NCBI GenBank assembly: GCA_964247055.1
Contig: OZ176054.1
Span: forward strand, 2,294,001-2,358,000
Length of the DNA: 64,000 nucleotides
From: Paragordius varius
Taxonomy: Eukaryota; Animalia; Nematomorpha
Reading direction: 5' to 3'
How positions within the stretch are numbered: the first letter of the stretch is position 1; every line of letters starts with the position of its first letter. A model generated the notes under the pieces. The model was not told the origin of the DNA. It made no database searches and saw only the letters and a list, made by a program, of their open reading frames with translations. Positions 1 to 14,120 of this stretch are shown here, piece by piece. The position numbers were made by a program, and so were the translations under genes.

Positions 1-986
1 AACTGGTAGCATTGCATATGTCTCGTGCCTACTTCGATAATTAATTTTTTAAGTTTGATATATACAGTAGCGTATGCAGTAAAAGATTGTTAGTGCAAAA
101 TAATCTTAATGAACACAAAACAGGGGGACAATTTTCATATATTAATTATTATTCAGTCCTATTTAAACATATCAATAATATCCCCCTGTTTTGTGTTCAT
201 TAAGATTATTTTGCACTAACAATCTTTTACTGCATACGCTACTGTAACATTTTATTTTTCATGAAAATTACCTAAATGTGAAATAATTAGGTTTTAATGT
301 GTAAATATCTATTTACTTAAATACAACGCATTCATATCAGTGCTTCGATTCAAATTGGGGTAGTTAGATGCCTAAAATTAAATATTTTAAAATATTGAAT
401 AAATTAAAACCATGGCAAATGTTTGCACCTATATGACTTATAACCGTAATATAATAAAATTATTCACAGAGGTAAAACCCAAAGCTAAAAATTTAGCCAC
501 CATGACATGTGAGCATAAGCTAAATGTAAAAATAATGCAAAATATACCACTTTTACTGTTTATATCAATGTTAAAGATTTAAAAAAGTAATCTTAATTTT
601 AGGCTTAGAATCATATAAACACGAGATTTTACGGAAATGTTTTAAAATAAAAATGGGTCCAACTGGTTTGATACGGAACTTTTTATCTAAAACTATTTTG
701 ATATTTTGGCTTATATATATAATTTTTAATAGGATAGAAGCACTAATTTAAATTAAAACCGTTTGTTTCAGTATTTTTTCAAAAATTTCAACTTAAATAT
801 TATCTGGCGTATACTACCCCAATTTGAATGAAGGACTGATATGAATGTGTTGTATCTAAGTGTTAAATAGATGTTTACACATTAAAACCTAATTATTTCA
901 CATTTAGGTAATTTTCATGAAAAATAAAATATTATATATCAAACTTAAAAAATTAATTATCGAAGTAGGCACAACACTTGCCAGTT
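1..986. mobile_element. Non-autonomous long-TIR (foldback/MITE-like) element, repeat family A; left end may lie outside the window
   Basis: Bases 1-62 plus 247-372 are the near reverse complement of ~806-986 (e.g. CATGAAAATTACCTAAATGTGAAATAATTAGG vs CCTAATTATTTCACATTTAGGTAATTTTCATG; AACTGG at 1 vs CCAGTT at 981-986). The ~430-bp core recurs at ~9250-9690, 33620-34140, 34740-35190 and 50270-50600. Confidence 0.8.
65..244. mobile_element. Young Tc1/mariner-type MITE (180 bp) with TA target-site duplication
   Basis: Perfect 64-bp TIRs (65-128 and 181-244, CAGTAGCG...CGCTACTG) around a 52-bp spacer, flanked by TA at 63-64 and 245-246. CAGT...ACTG ends with a TA TSD are typical of the Tc1 group. 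Confidence 0.92.
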
Positions 987-1091
987 CTCCAATAAGATAT
1001 GTAAGGGACATATTGCAATGATATTATATCTCTCATATATGTGTACCGAAAAGGGACATGTAAGTACATATAAATATATGTGTACATGTAA

Positions 1092-2903
1092 TCTATATAT
1101 TTATAAAAATAAAAAGTGGTGGCTTTGTGATCTGTTTCCGGAAAACCGGTAGACCCATTCAAATCTAAATATCAAAAAAATATGATCATTAATGAATGCC
1201 CCGACAATAGCTTCGTAAAAATTCTATAAGGATTTTAGGTGTTCCCTGTTAAAAGGCAAAAATTATAGTCAAGCGTTTCTTTGATGATAGCTGCTGGGTA
1301 GGGAGATACCCGCTAAAAACTGACCCGTCATATCGAAGCTTTTGGGGCTAAATTTTAAAAAACCTCTCAGGCCATATGAGTTCAATAACTGCTTAAAATA
1401 TTATCCGTAAAGCGCTTTTTTGTATCATGCCTCTGGGTAGGGAGCTACCTGCCTACAACTGCGCCACCATATTAAAATTGCGTTGTTTAGGAGTTAATTT
1501 TCAGAAAACTTATCAGGGGTAAGTTTTATAAGGGTCTGAAATATTACCCGTAAAAAGGCAAAAATTTAAGCCGAGCGCTTTTAAATTAGCGGTTAAATAG
1601 GCCCTTTACGCCCTAAAAAATGCGCTATCATTGAACTATTATTTAGTTTTGAAGCCATTTTTCCATAAACTATTAAGAGCATATGGAATGAATGATGATT
1701 CCAGGTATTCCCATAAAGGCTAGAAATATCGAACGTCTTTTTTATATTGGCCTCTGGTTAGGGAACTACCCGCCTAAAACTGCGCCACCATATCAAAATT
1801 GCGTTGTTTGGGAGTTAATTTTCAGAAATCCGGCCATATAAGTTTAAGGGCCTGAAATATTACCCGTAAAAAGGCAAAAATTTAGGTCGAGCGGATTTTT
1901 TAAATTAGCGGTTAATTAGGCTCTGGGAAGGGGGATACCCACGTAAAAATGTGTCACTATATCGATAAAGCATGCCTTTGGAGCCATATTTCAGGAAACT
2001 TATGAGACTATGTGAGTTCAATAAGGGCCTAAAATATTTATTACCCCTTAAAAAACAAATATTTTAGTATAGGGGGTTATTTCAATGAGTCGCTAAAAGT
2101 TTTACGCTCTGAAAATTCGCCGCTATAGAAAAATTTTTTGTTTTGAAGCAATATTTTTTTAAGAACTTATAGGAACATATGGACTCTATAATTCCAGATA
2201 TTCCCCATATAAAGACAAAAATTTTGCCCGACCCTTTTTTATACCTGCCTCTGGGTAAGAAGCTACCCGCCAAAAACTGTGCCACTATATAGAAATTGCG
2301 TTTTGGAATTAATTTAAAACTTATGCCATATGAGCACATTTAATGTTCGAAATATTACCCGTAACTAGGTAAAAATTAAGGTGACCTTTTTTATAGCCAT
2401 TAATTTGGGGCCTTTATCCCCTAAAATACGCCATCATATAACGATTATTTAGTGTTGAGGTATTTTTTTGAATTACACATGAGACGATGGTTTCAAAGAT
2501 GATTCCAAATATTTTTCCTATAATTAGCGCTTTTTCCACATAGGCCTATGGATAGGGGTCTACCGGTTTAAAACTGAAACGCCACACAAAAATGGCGTGG
2601 CTTTGGAGCTAATTTTCAAAAAACTTAAGAAGCCATACGAGTTCAATAGGCTTTAAATAATACCCATAAAAAGGTAAAAATTATAGTATAGCGGTTTTTT
2701 TCCGTTAGCCGTCAATTTGGGGCCTTTACACCAGCAAACAATGTATCAGTATGAAGGCACCGTTTTGAAAATCCTCTGAGATCATAGTTATTAAATAATG
2801 TTTCAAAATAATCCACATATATGGATCATTTTATTGTCCCCTTTTTTCAAATAGCCCTCCCCCCTCCCCCAGAAGCCGAAGGTCTTCCTCGGGTTTACAC
2901 TAG
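1092..2903 (+). mobile_element. Probable non-autonomous Helitron with an internal tandem array
   Basis: The 5' end reads A|TCTATATATTTATAAAAATAAAAAGTGG (1091/1092). The 3' end is an imperfect GC-rich hairpin (CCGAAGGTCTTCCTCGG, ~2876-2892) followed by CTAG (2900-2903). The next base is A rather than the canonical T. Confidence 0.6.
1230..2760. repeat. Degenerate tandem array, ~155-bp unit x ~10, with ~315-bp dimer periodicity
   Basis: AAATATTACCCGTAAAAAGGCAAAAATTT recurs at ~1540, 1855, 2352 and 2655. CCTCTGGGTAGGGAGCTACC-like motifs recur at ~1293, 1429, 1751, 1922, 2247 and 2545. Confidence 0.8.
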
Positions 2904-5901
2904 ATGTTTATATACTTGTAAAACAACTTTTAAACGTAAAAAAAGCCACACACATTCAAAAAAAATAACAATATTAATTTCTATGAATTATTGTAATTTT
3001 CAGGATTTACTGTAAATACCCTTTTAGCCATTTCAAGGTCTATAATAATCCTCTTTACAAAATTTGGTTCTGTATCAGTAATGTTCACTAATTTAGGTCA
3101 AAAACATTTTTTGTCCCAAAAGCCATGCACCATATTATACCGACAAATATTGCTTGGATCTTTGTATACGCAGATAATTACTTTAAATAAGTACATCAAA
3201 TATATTAAATCAATATTTCAGAACCATGAAAAAAACGTTTGTGCGATTTTATGAGATTCATCAATAAATGCCCTTTGCCTTTTGGAAATTTATATGTTTA
3301 ACGTTTTCTTAGCCTTTTCACCATGCTTCAAAAATATTTTAATATTCAAACATTTTTGCCTCCGGATTTTTTGAATCGCCAATATAACAGGTGAATAAAT
3401 TTAAATTATGGTTTTAATAAAAATAATTGACCTTGAAATAATTTAAAATTTCATATTCAGAAAATTTCGATGTTTGTTGTTAAAATCATCTGTTTACAGT
3501 CAATGAAACTCTCTAAATTGGGACGCTAGAAGTTAGAAAACTGTAAATACCACATTTTTAATAAAACATAGTTTGATAATTGAATATTATTAACCAAAAC
3601 AATTTTAATATCAGTAGTTTATTTACAAGTTTAAGCTCTGAGAAACTATTCCAAAATGTAATCATCTACAAAAAAGGTAAATAAGTGGTTAGTCAAAAAA
3701 AATTGATAATTGCATACACACAACCCTAAAATATTCATAAACCAATTAACTGTAAACGAATTATATTTCGGGCATTCCTGTATGTGCCCTGTTACAGCCT
3801 TTCTTATTGGTTGTTAGATGCCATTTACACTTTTACTTTCACTTTTTTATGGATATGTGATGTTTCTTGTCTTAGAGCTTTTTAACTATTATTAAAATTT
3901 AATTAATGCATTTTATTAGCCACTTTATTTAGATTATTTAGAAAATCCGAAAAAAGGGGCGGCAAAAAGTTTCATGTAATTAGTTTACATTTGTTTTTTT
4001 CCACAAAAATATTTATTTGTGCGACCCCCCCCCCCACCTAAAGGCCATAAAATAGATCATAAATTGGCCCATGATCATTGAGGCTATTTTACATATATTC
4101 GGTATCGCTTTGCGATACAAAACTGATCCCAAAGAAAAAATTGCAAAAAAATGAAAATTATTTAACCGTTTTTATCAAAAAATGAGCAAATTAGTCAAAA
4201 AATCTCCTGAGAGTAATAAAATTTGATTTACTCATAATTTAGTGCCTTTAGATAAAACCATTTGTCAGCCTAAAAAAGTTTCTTGGATGATATATGATTT
4301 AAAAAAAACCTTAATGAAATTTTTATATAAACTAACTGTTATTATTTAAAAATCTGATTAATTTGTATAAATAGATGCTAATTTCACAACTCTTATTCAT
4401 GTATTAACTATTAATTTTGCTAAGTTTTTACCACTTAGATTCATAGGAAAAAATTTATAACAATTGTTAAAAAGCAGCTAATGCTGAAAATCAGTAATCT
4501 TGCTTTATTTTCCTTTTATGTCCACGTGATATCATTTTTTTCAAATTATTATTTAAAAAAATATTGGATCCGAAATTTTGAGATTTTGATACGCCTAACT
4601 ATGATATTTTGTTTAAATTCAAAACCAATATCTTGTAAAATATCATGTTTTCAAAATGCTAAGATAATGCATAGTAGATTAATTTAAACTGAACGCTTTA
4701 TCTTACTTTTTAACCTAACTCATTTTATAAATAAGCAGAGAAAAACTCGATTATTATTTTAAATATTTAATTTAATTTCCAATAATTCTACTTTGTTTTT
4801 TTGTCACTTTTTTACCTTCATAAAATAAATATTATATTCATGGATATTAAAAACACTTTTATTCTGTCTAATAAGGCAAAAATTTAGCAATTTGAGTATT
4901 TCAATCTTTCATCATTTAAATTTAATTTCGTTTAAAAAGCAGTATCAAATAAACTTCAGTTTCATAAAAATTACGAGTTGTTTGTCACATAAAAATTCCA
5001 ATCAGATTTAAAACCGGTTCTGGTTCCCCAACCACATATTTGAACCGAAAGAGTTTTAGTTTTAACTAATTAGAAGTTAATCTTACACTACATTACTGAG
5101 TGTTTTTTGTAATAATTTTTAACAACATCTAAAAATACTAGAGTTAATGGACAAATACTCGTCTTTACAGAACTGCGCAACTTTTACAGAGACTCTATTG
5201 ACCCCCCCATCAAATTTCACAATGATAATTTATATTATTTTTGGTTCAAAATCTAAAATGTTTGTTGAAAAGCTGGAGACACAACTTGATTTGTTTTGGT
5301 AAAAGTGGAAGCCCTACTTAAGTGTCAGACAATGGGCATGTACGTTCTAGAATTGAGGTATATGTTAAATTGTCAAAACTAAACTATATACCTGGTAACT
5401 AATGAATATATTTTGAAGTGGGTTTTTTTTAAATATTTTTGATAATATAAAGAATATTTATTTATATGATTACAATCGTATTAAGTTTTGCAAAAAACCT
5501 CTTAACAATGTCGCCTTTTCCCCTTTGAACTAGGTATAAAATGAAAAACCTCCTATTTACCAATATAAAAATATTAAAATTATATTTAAACTTTAAATTC
5601 AAATGCATATTTGTAAAAATAAACTTCCTAATTTGTACATAAATGTATGACAATTTTACCGTAGAAATTATTTAATCATATCAATACTATTACAAACTGT
5701 TTGTAAATCAGGAACAAATATTAATGTATTATTATCATTTATTTATTAAAAAAGCGTTTGTGTAATAATGTATTGATCAAAATATTGAATAACCCATACT
5801 CCGAAATTGCATTAAAAAAGTAATTGATGCATTTATAATTTTAATAAAAAAATTTGCTTGCATTATATATAGCAAATATATATATCAAATAATTTATAGT
5901 T

Positions 5902-7173
5902 TCATAATTTGTCAGCTGCCACGTTTAATTTGGCCCAAAATTCATTTTCTGGCCCTGAATAGAGGCTTAAGAATCCCTTAGTATTGACCAACTTTAAAGC
6001 AATTTTGTCCATATCATAAAACATTAGGATTATGGAATCTGCCGACTCGGGTACATAAAAGTTAGACAAGAGTTGCGAAATAAAAAAGGTTACGTATGTT
6101 TTATCTGATACATTAATTAGCGTAATAGGTACATTGTTATCAGTATTTTTATCATTTGGATTGTTTGAGCGAGATTTTGTTCCATAAAATCCGCTTGAAT
6201 TAGGCTCAGTCCTAAGGCGTTTGTTTGGTGTCAATGGTACAAAATCGTAATTTTGGCTATGGACAGTCTTCTCATTATTATAATGGCTCATATCAGTTTT
6301 GTAAGCGTAAGAAGATTTTGTTTCAAGTGTAACTTTTTCAGCTTTTATCTTAGCCTCAATGCTATTCGAAATGGTTTTAAGTTGGTTGATGAAGTACTTT
6401 TTAGCAGTATAATCTTGTTGAAGTGCTTTGTATTCTACATTATACAACAGCCAAGTAAAATTGTGTATTAGGTTTAGAATATCTGTCATATTATATGGGT
6501 AAGGGATTTTTTGTTTGTTTTGCAACATATTCTCAACGCATTTTGACGTTTGTGGTATATGAATTTTTGCATTTATAGTCTTATATGAAACGAAATATTT
6601 GTTAAAAACATTCGTATCAAGTTTAGATATTGGACGATTTCTGGATCTAATACTCGTTTCGAGTTGACTTAAATGGTTTGACATAAATTTTCTGCTGTCA
6701 TTTTTAATAACTGAAGATTCTAAGCTTTTCTCTGTTTTCTTATCATTGTTTGGCATCATACTATTATTAAATTCATTTTTATCCATAGGCAGGTATATGT
6801 TCTTATAAGGGACTCCGGTGTACCCATTTAAAAAATAGTTTATCGATTCCTTCACTAAATTAGATGATTCACTTTTATCTAATTTCGCCTTAAAAATAAC
6901 GCTTTCTGGTCGTCGAGTTAGGTTGGCATTTATAACTTTAGATAAATAATTGTGTAATGATTGTCCAATAGCATAACTTAACTCTTTTCCTTGGGTCGAG
7001 ATAGTGGGATTTTTCTGTTTATTCAAATTAAAATACATCCCCGCTTTGTTAAAAGTGCATGATACATTTTCAATCGATGGTACATTTAAAATCATGACTT
7101 TTCTAACATTAGTCATAGGTATTTCATCTAGATGTAGAAAACATTGATATAATAGTGAAATTAATTTAATCAT
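5902..7173 (-). CDS. Intronless hypothetical protein, 423 aa, no recognised family
   Basis: A 1272-bp ATG-to-stop ORF in sequence where chance ORFs rarely exceed ~100 codons. It contains TPNKRLR (CDK-site/NLS-like) and a predicted helical segment (LQQDYTAKKYFINQLKTISNSIEAKIKAEK). Confidence 0.75.
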   Translation of the reverse strand: MIKLISLLYQCFLHLDEIPMTNVRKVMILNVPSIENVSCTFNKAGMYFNLNKQKNPTISTQGKELSYAIGQSLHNYLSKVINANLTRRPESVIFKAKLDKSESSNLVKESINYFLNGYTGVPYKNIYLPMDKNEFNNSMMPNNDKKTEKSLESSVIKNDSRKFMSNHLSQLETSIRSRNRPISKLDTNVFNKYFVSYKTINAKIHIPQTSKCVENMLQNKQKIPYPYNMTDILNLIHNFTWLLYNVEYKALQQDYTAKKYFINQLKTISNSIEAKIKAEKVTLETKSSYAYKTDMSHYNNEKTVHSQNYDFVPLTPNKRLRTEPNSSGFYGTKSRSNNPNDKNTDNNVPITLINVSDKTYVTFFISQLLSNFYVPESADSIILMFYDMDKIALKLVNTKGFLSLYSGPENEFWAKLNVAADKL

Positions 7174-7311
7174 TTTTATTGAAATTAATTTTAAGGCAAA
7201 TAAATATAAAGTTTATCATAATGATAAGCGCCTTAATCTGTTGAGCTGGATATTCGAAAGAAATTTAACACTAGTATATAAAACAACAACAAAACTTTAT
7301 TAATTTAAATC

Positions 7312-7540
7312 CAGTAAAACGAGAGCTATTATTGGCCATTGCAGTTTTTGAATGGCTAAAAGGGTATTTAATTCACCACATAATTAAAATTGTGAAGAAA
7401 AAAGTTACCGTGGCGTCTGTTTGAATTTAAATATGCTGTTAATAATTTTAATGTAGCTGATAAAAATGATTTATGTAATACGTATACCAACAGATATATA
7501 AATTAAATACCCATTTAGCTATATAAATGTCAAAGTGGCA
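7312..7540. mobile_element. Short internally deleted copy of MITE family B
   Basis: Begins CAGTAAAACGAGAGCTATTATTGGCC and ends with TACCAACAGATATATAAATTAAATACCCATTTAGC, matching both termini of the 19913-20707 element. Confidence 0.55.
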
Positions 7541-10500
7541 TACCATTTTTTTAAAAATTCACATTACCGATTTTTATGACCAAGAACGATACTGACATGT
7601 GAGTTTCCAAAACGGAGTTATTTTGTTTATAATAGTTTTCAAAATTACTTTACAAAAACACATTGTTTTATATTCGGTCCAAAATTAGCCCATTATTTTT
7701 GAAAACACAAAAAATGGTTAATTAACGGTATGGCTGGCTGCTTTTGTTAATTCACCTATTTAGAATAATATGGTTGAAATGTATTTTATATTAAAGCAAT
7801 TTTCTTTCTAAACTCAAACAATTTTAATGAAAGCAAGCGGAAAATATTTTTTTTCTTGAAACATAATCGAGCCATAAATTTTTTTGCATGGAGCCAAAAA
7901 AGTTCTAAGTTGCAATTTCTATCTTGTATTTTAAATTTTAATCTGTTAAAATCTTTAAGGGGTTTAATTTTCCCCATGTTTCTTATATAGGCTATTACCT
8001 TCACAAACCATGGTATTTATTGCGATAATAGAGTATAGGATTAGGACGAAAGCTATCATATTGGGATCCGTTTATAGATAGAAATGATAAAAATAAAAAT
8101 AAAAATTAAATTTTATTAATTTTGTTTTAGATTTATATAGGTGTTAAAATTTTACGGTTGAACGTACAAACCTTTTTCAAAAGCCAAACACTCTGGTTAC
8201 CAGCCATGCAATTTTTTTAAAAATAGGTTTATCTAAAATGTTAGTTGACCTCTCTAAAGTGTGTGTATATATAAATAAAATTAAAATTGTTACATGGATA
8301 TATATTTTTAGTTTGCAGTGTAAAAAATTTGTAAAAGTTAAAGGGGTACATAGAGATCTATTTAAAAACCAAGATTTAACAAAATTATAAAAATATTTAG
8401 GCATTAACTCTAAAAATTTGATTTACAAATAAAATTGAACTATGTCTAAAAATACAAACACTATTTTAACTCTATTTTATAATATACATGATTTTAATTA
8501 GAGTACAAATATAAGAATATCCCAAATTAATTGCATCTCAGCTTTCAAGTGTCTATTTATATCAATACATGTACTTTGTGTAGAAGCTAGCTAAAATATT
8601 TCAGGAAATGTACTCTTAATGATATTTTATAAATAAATTTTGCGAACTGATAACATATTAACACCTAAAATTTGTAGCCAAGAGCATTTTCATTAGAATA
8701 TCTTGAATTAATAATAGAACAAATTTAAAAATATACATTCTTTAGTTTTAGGCGCATGTATCAAAAAATTTTTTTTAAATGTAATGGAAAAGAATCTTCA
8801 TCTTAAATTGCTACCAGTTTTTTCGGGAATCACATGCAAATTAATGTATTTTATGGTACAACAATGTAATTAATTAACTTAAAAGGGATTCAAATGCATT
8901 TTAGCAGTAATTTTTTATATTTTATACTCTACGTTTCAATCGGGTTTTGGAGCCTATCGGGACTCTGCAAATCAGAAACTGTAGATAATGTGAGCTTCCA
9001 TATCTAATAAAGGAGAACAATTAACAACTAACACAACAACTTTTAACATAGTATTTTTTTTACAAGTATTAGCTCTGAGGTACAAACCTGCCCAAAAATT
9101 TATTTGACTCAAAAAGAAAAAAATGAGTGTTAATACTTTTGTCGTAGTTATTTGATTCGAAAATTAAATTTGGACCGAGTTAACACTTGGATACAACACA
9201 TTTATTTCATCTGATTCGAATTGAGGTCTTTGGGGCCCCAGGCCTATTTAATAGCAAATATTTGTAAAAATAAACAAATTGAAGCCATTTCAAAAAATTT
9301 CACTTTTAACATTAATGCAACGAAATATAAGAAAAGATTCATTAAAAAAACCTGATATCACTTATTTTATGGATAGACCTCAAGGTAAAAATTTGGTCAT
9401 GACAGTGCATCTAAATATAAAAATAATGCAAAATAAATCACTTTTTCTGTTTATATTGATGTTAGATGTGATTTAAATCCGAAAACTAGATTTAATTTTT
9501 GCTTTAGAATCAATTAAACACAATATTTATCAAAAAAAGCAAAATAAAAATGGCGTCGAAGTAGTTTAATGAATTTTTTAAACTTAATTATGTTTAGATA
9601 TTTTGGCTTTTTATACATTATAGGTGCATAAATTTAAACTATAACAGTTTCGTGTAGTAGGTTTTAAAAATATCAACTTAAATTTAATCTAGGGGGCTGA
9701 CAGCCTGGTAAAAAAATGTGCAGTTCGCATTTATATCCTCCCATCTTCCCACGCATATATTTCAAAAGTTTGTATTTTATACCTGGCGAAATTTAGTTGT
9801 GTCCCCCAGGTCGGGAATCTGTTTTATACATAAATTATTTGAATAATACGATTGTCCACATATTTTATACTAGTTTTTTTCAAATCAAATATACAATTGG
9901 TTATGTTTACTATAAATATATTATAACTCATAAGCATTATAACTATCATGTTTGAAGAAAGGTTCCACAAATCTAAGGAATATTACATGGTTGGCACATT
10001 AATTTAAATTATAATTTATAAATTATTATATAAATAATATATTTTAAAATAAATAATTTACAGAAAATTTTTACGCTATATTTACATATAATCATAGTAA
10101 TTTAAGTATAAATAATCCTTTCAAGATACGATTGACAAATTGATATTTGATATGCATAATCACAGAATGGGGACTGAAGAAAAACATTGAAAAATAAACA
10201 AAAATAAAATGACCAATATATAATGATTTCCTTTTCACAAATTTCTATAAGACATATTATATAAATCATAATCTATTATTCTACCATTTAAATTTCAGAG
10301 ATAGATAATTAAAATGTTTATGATGCAGGCACACGTTCAATTCGTTTCGGAATTTTTAGTGATTCTGGTTTTTTTTTCAAGAGCATTTTGAAATGATGTA
10401 ATAGAAACATGTCATACATAATGTGGAAATCGTGTTAAATTTCCCCTAGTATTAGTCATCTTTTTTTATAATGTTGATGTTATTAAGAAAATAATGACGT

Positions 10501-11194
10501 TAAAATTTTATCTGAATTATTGTGTTTTACGACGTGTATTAATGAAGGATGCTTTGTATTAAAGTTTATCCATTTCTTTACTACATTTACTCAAGGATAT
10601 ACCAGAAATAAAAACTTTGATCAATTTATCATTTTTGCATTTTAAATATAAGCTATATAAGGGATTTGTTAAATGGATGGATTAATGCGCGAAAATCCTC
10701 AATAATTTATCAATATTTAGTTATAGGCAACCAAAACTCAAATATTTGCGTGAGATGGCATTGGTATTACATAGAAAAAGGTTTTTAAAATCTATATCAT
10801 TTTCAAGCTAACTTTACTATACTTTGTTTTTTGCAAATTAGAAAACCCCGTAACTTCCGAAGATATCATCAAAGTTGTCTTTTAGTTAATATATTTTAAA
10901 AATTTTTTAATATATGATATACTGGACATGAGTGGTAAAATCATGGATATTATTTTTAGGAATTTACGTAAGTTTCACCATTCTCATGATATTATATGCA
11001 ATGAGGCTTATCTAAACAAATTTTCCATCAAGTTTGCACATTTTGCTAAAATCGAAGAATCGCAGCTACTTGTGTAAGAAGTAATCTGTGAATATGTTTA
11101 AAAGTTTTAACAGGTGGTTTTATAATCTGTCACAGTCACGGTAATAAATCCATTATTAACAAGGCAAATCCCTAATCGCAATACTTATTATGTT

Positions 11195-11196
<2 letters not shown>

Positions 11197-11227
<31 letters not shown>
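11197..11227. repeat. (AT)n microsatellite
   Basis: About 15 uninterrupted AT units. Confidence 0.95.
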
Positions 11228-11228
<1 letters not shown>

Positions 11229-14120
11229 TACAATATTCGTTTTTATGTTATTCTGTTTAAAGGTTCATTAATAAAATTATTTTGAACTATTTGAAAGGGA
11301 CTTCTACCTATAAACCAAAATACTAAAGAAATATAAATTTTATAATAGAAAAACTATGCACTCCCTGTAAAAAGGTGTTTTAAAATGTATAAACATTACA
11401 TAATTTTTTTCTAAATTAAGTATCCATAATATCTATCTGCTCAGAATAAATTTAAAAACTCTTATTCAATATTACAGTTCCAATAAATTAATATCTATAT
11501 TTTCCATGTATCTTCAGTAGATGATAATGTGTTTTTATAATCAAAAATTTTGCCTCCCATATGATGCAAGATACTTTCTTGCAATTAATGATGATTTTTT
11601 GCTTTAGAATATAATATTAATTATTTTAGTTACACTTAACTGTTTTTCACAAAGGGGTTTTGCGTTGATTTCAAGAAAAAATTTGAAATTTTTCGAGATC
11701 CTATAAAATCAACACATTGTTGTATTTGATTTGAAGGAATCGGTTTTTACCAAAAATTATTAAATGCTTGCAACGTATATTTTTTGATTTTGGGAAAATT
11801 TACAATTTATTAGACCCCGGACTATCGAGTTTAGACAGGTATGATAAACAAATAGTATCATGGTGTATATAATTTACAATAAATAAAACCAATTTTATTT
11901 ATTTTAAATAATGTACATCAATGTATAGGGATGTTTAACGAGTAATTATATCAGTCATGTGTTAACCTCAAAAAAATTATAAATATAATATTGCGATTTT
12001 CAATTAATTAAAATAAATTAATTTTTAAATTCAATATAAATCAATCATAAACTAAAATACCTACCTATATATCATTGTTAACTATGAATTTTTTTAAGCC
12101 AAAAATTATACTTTGTCTAATATGCATAAAGTTTCAGAAGTGGTTATTTTTTAGGGTATTTAAGCCAATCATTTTTGATATATAAGCTGGTTTAAAGGTA
12201 TCCTAACCAATTTAAATCTTTATCATACTCTAAAGTTGGGGTAATAAATTTTGGGCCACTACGTTTTGTGAGTAAATATCCAAATTTTCATAAACACTTA
12301 AAAAATTATGTAGCTTCGCATGTGTAAATTTAAATTAACCTTAACCCCATATTAAATATTGAAACAAATATTTTTTTCACAATTGAATTTTATGGAGATT
12401 ACGACAATTTAATTATATATTTATATAATACTTTACCATGTAAATAGGAATCATCGAAAACTAAAAAATAGTAAAATACTCATGAATATTAATTAAAAAT
12501 TATTTTAAAAAATAATTAATTAAATGTTACAATTTAAAATAACAGCAACAATGTGTTTTAAGAAAATCTAAATCTCATTAATAATATATTAAGGTATTTA
12601 TGGCCAAAATAAGTCTTTGAAGTTCCATAAGAAATAATCATATATTAATTTAATAATTATATTTTAAGATTTACATTAAGCCAAATTAATTTTTAAAATC
12701 CGATATTTTAATTAATTTTGTTATTATCACCTTTAAGAAATTTAACCATAAACTATTTTCGTTTGTCCATAAAAACCAATTATTTTTATTTTTTATAACT
12801 TTTATATTTTCTTAAAAACAGGAAAATATTTTTGAGCGCAAAAACCTGAAAATTAATTAAATTAATTTACTTCCACTATATAGCGTTGATTTTCAAAACA
12901 TTGCCCGAATTCGGCCATTTATAAATATTCCTTAAATATGGAAATAATGTTATACTATCAAAAATTAATATATCGCCTTTTCGTGTACAAAATATTTAGC
13001 AAAAAAATTGATTTTTCCTTCCCTAAAATAGCTAACGACGTAAAATAATAAAGATACAAAATTTGATGTTTAATTCTAAATCCCGACGCCGGAAAATAAT
13101 GATAAATTATTCAAAGTGGCTTTCACCCGCAGTGTTTCTTTGCATAAATTTATGGTTTAATGACCTTAAACTAATTTGGAAGTCAAACATATAAAAGGTT
13201 GTTTTATTCAATTTGTTAAATTCGAATGGTGTTAAACAAGATGTAAAAAATAACTAAAAATTTTCTTTTGTCATACTAACATTTATGCATTAAAATTCCC
13301 GTTTTTAGATATTAAATCGGTTTAATTGCCAACCAATTTTTTGAGACTTTTATCCATTACAGTAAAATATTATAATAGAATATAAAACATTGAGAAATAA
13401 ATGTTTAATCGCTGATATTCTTTTCTATGATTACAATTGGATATAAAATGGAATGTTTAACCAATTGACACCTCTGTTTTATTTCGTAATACCAAACGAT
13501 TATATCAAAATTTGGCTTTTATTACTTTTTATGTTTTGTTTTCTAATTTTTTACTATACTTTATTCGTTTTTAAACTAACCTTAACTTGACAATTAAAAT
13601 TATTAATTAATCAGTAACGAAAATTTTAAAAACACAAAAAATTATAAATTTTGACATCATTTAGGAAAAGATGAAAAAAGGTATATAACACAAAATCAAC
13701 AATAATAAATTAAAAAATCATATATTTTTTTATAAAAAAAAGAATTATATTTGTAAGACCGATAATACTATCTCCCGTTTATCTCTCAAGGGAGTTAATG
13801 TTATTAGCAACGCTGATGTGCTAAAAAGAGATAGATTGCTTTTCTTTTAATTACAAGCCGTGAATTTTTATAGCAAGTAATAATACCCCGTATCTCGTTG
13901 ATTTAGACTATAAAATTTCAATTTCTTATAAAAATAATTTCCCTATCTCCAGTTTTCTCAAATATAATTATAAAACAAACTTTTAATAATTATTTTGCAA
14001 AAAATAAAATACATTTAACGGCAATATCTGAAAGATAACACGAAGTCTTTTAAAAATGGCAAAAATTAGGGGCTCTTTGTCGGTTAATCATAATTATTAT
14101 GAAGATGTAATGGTATAGTC

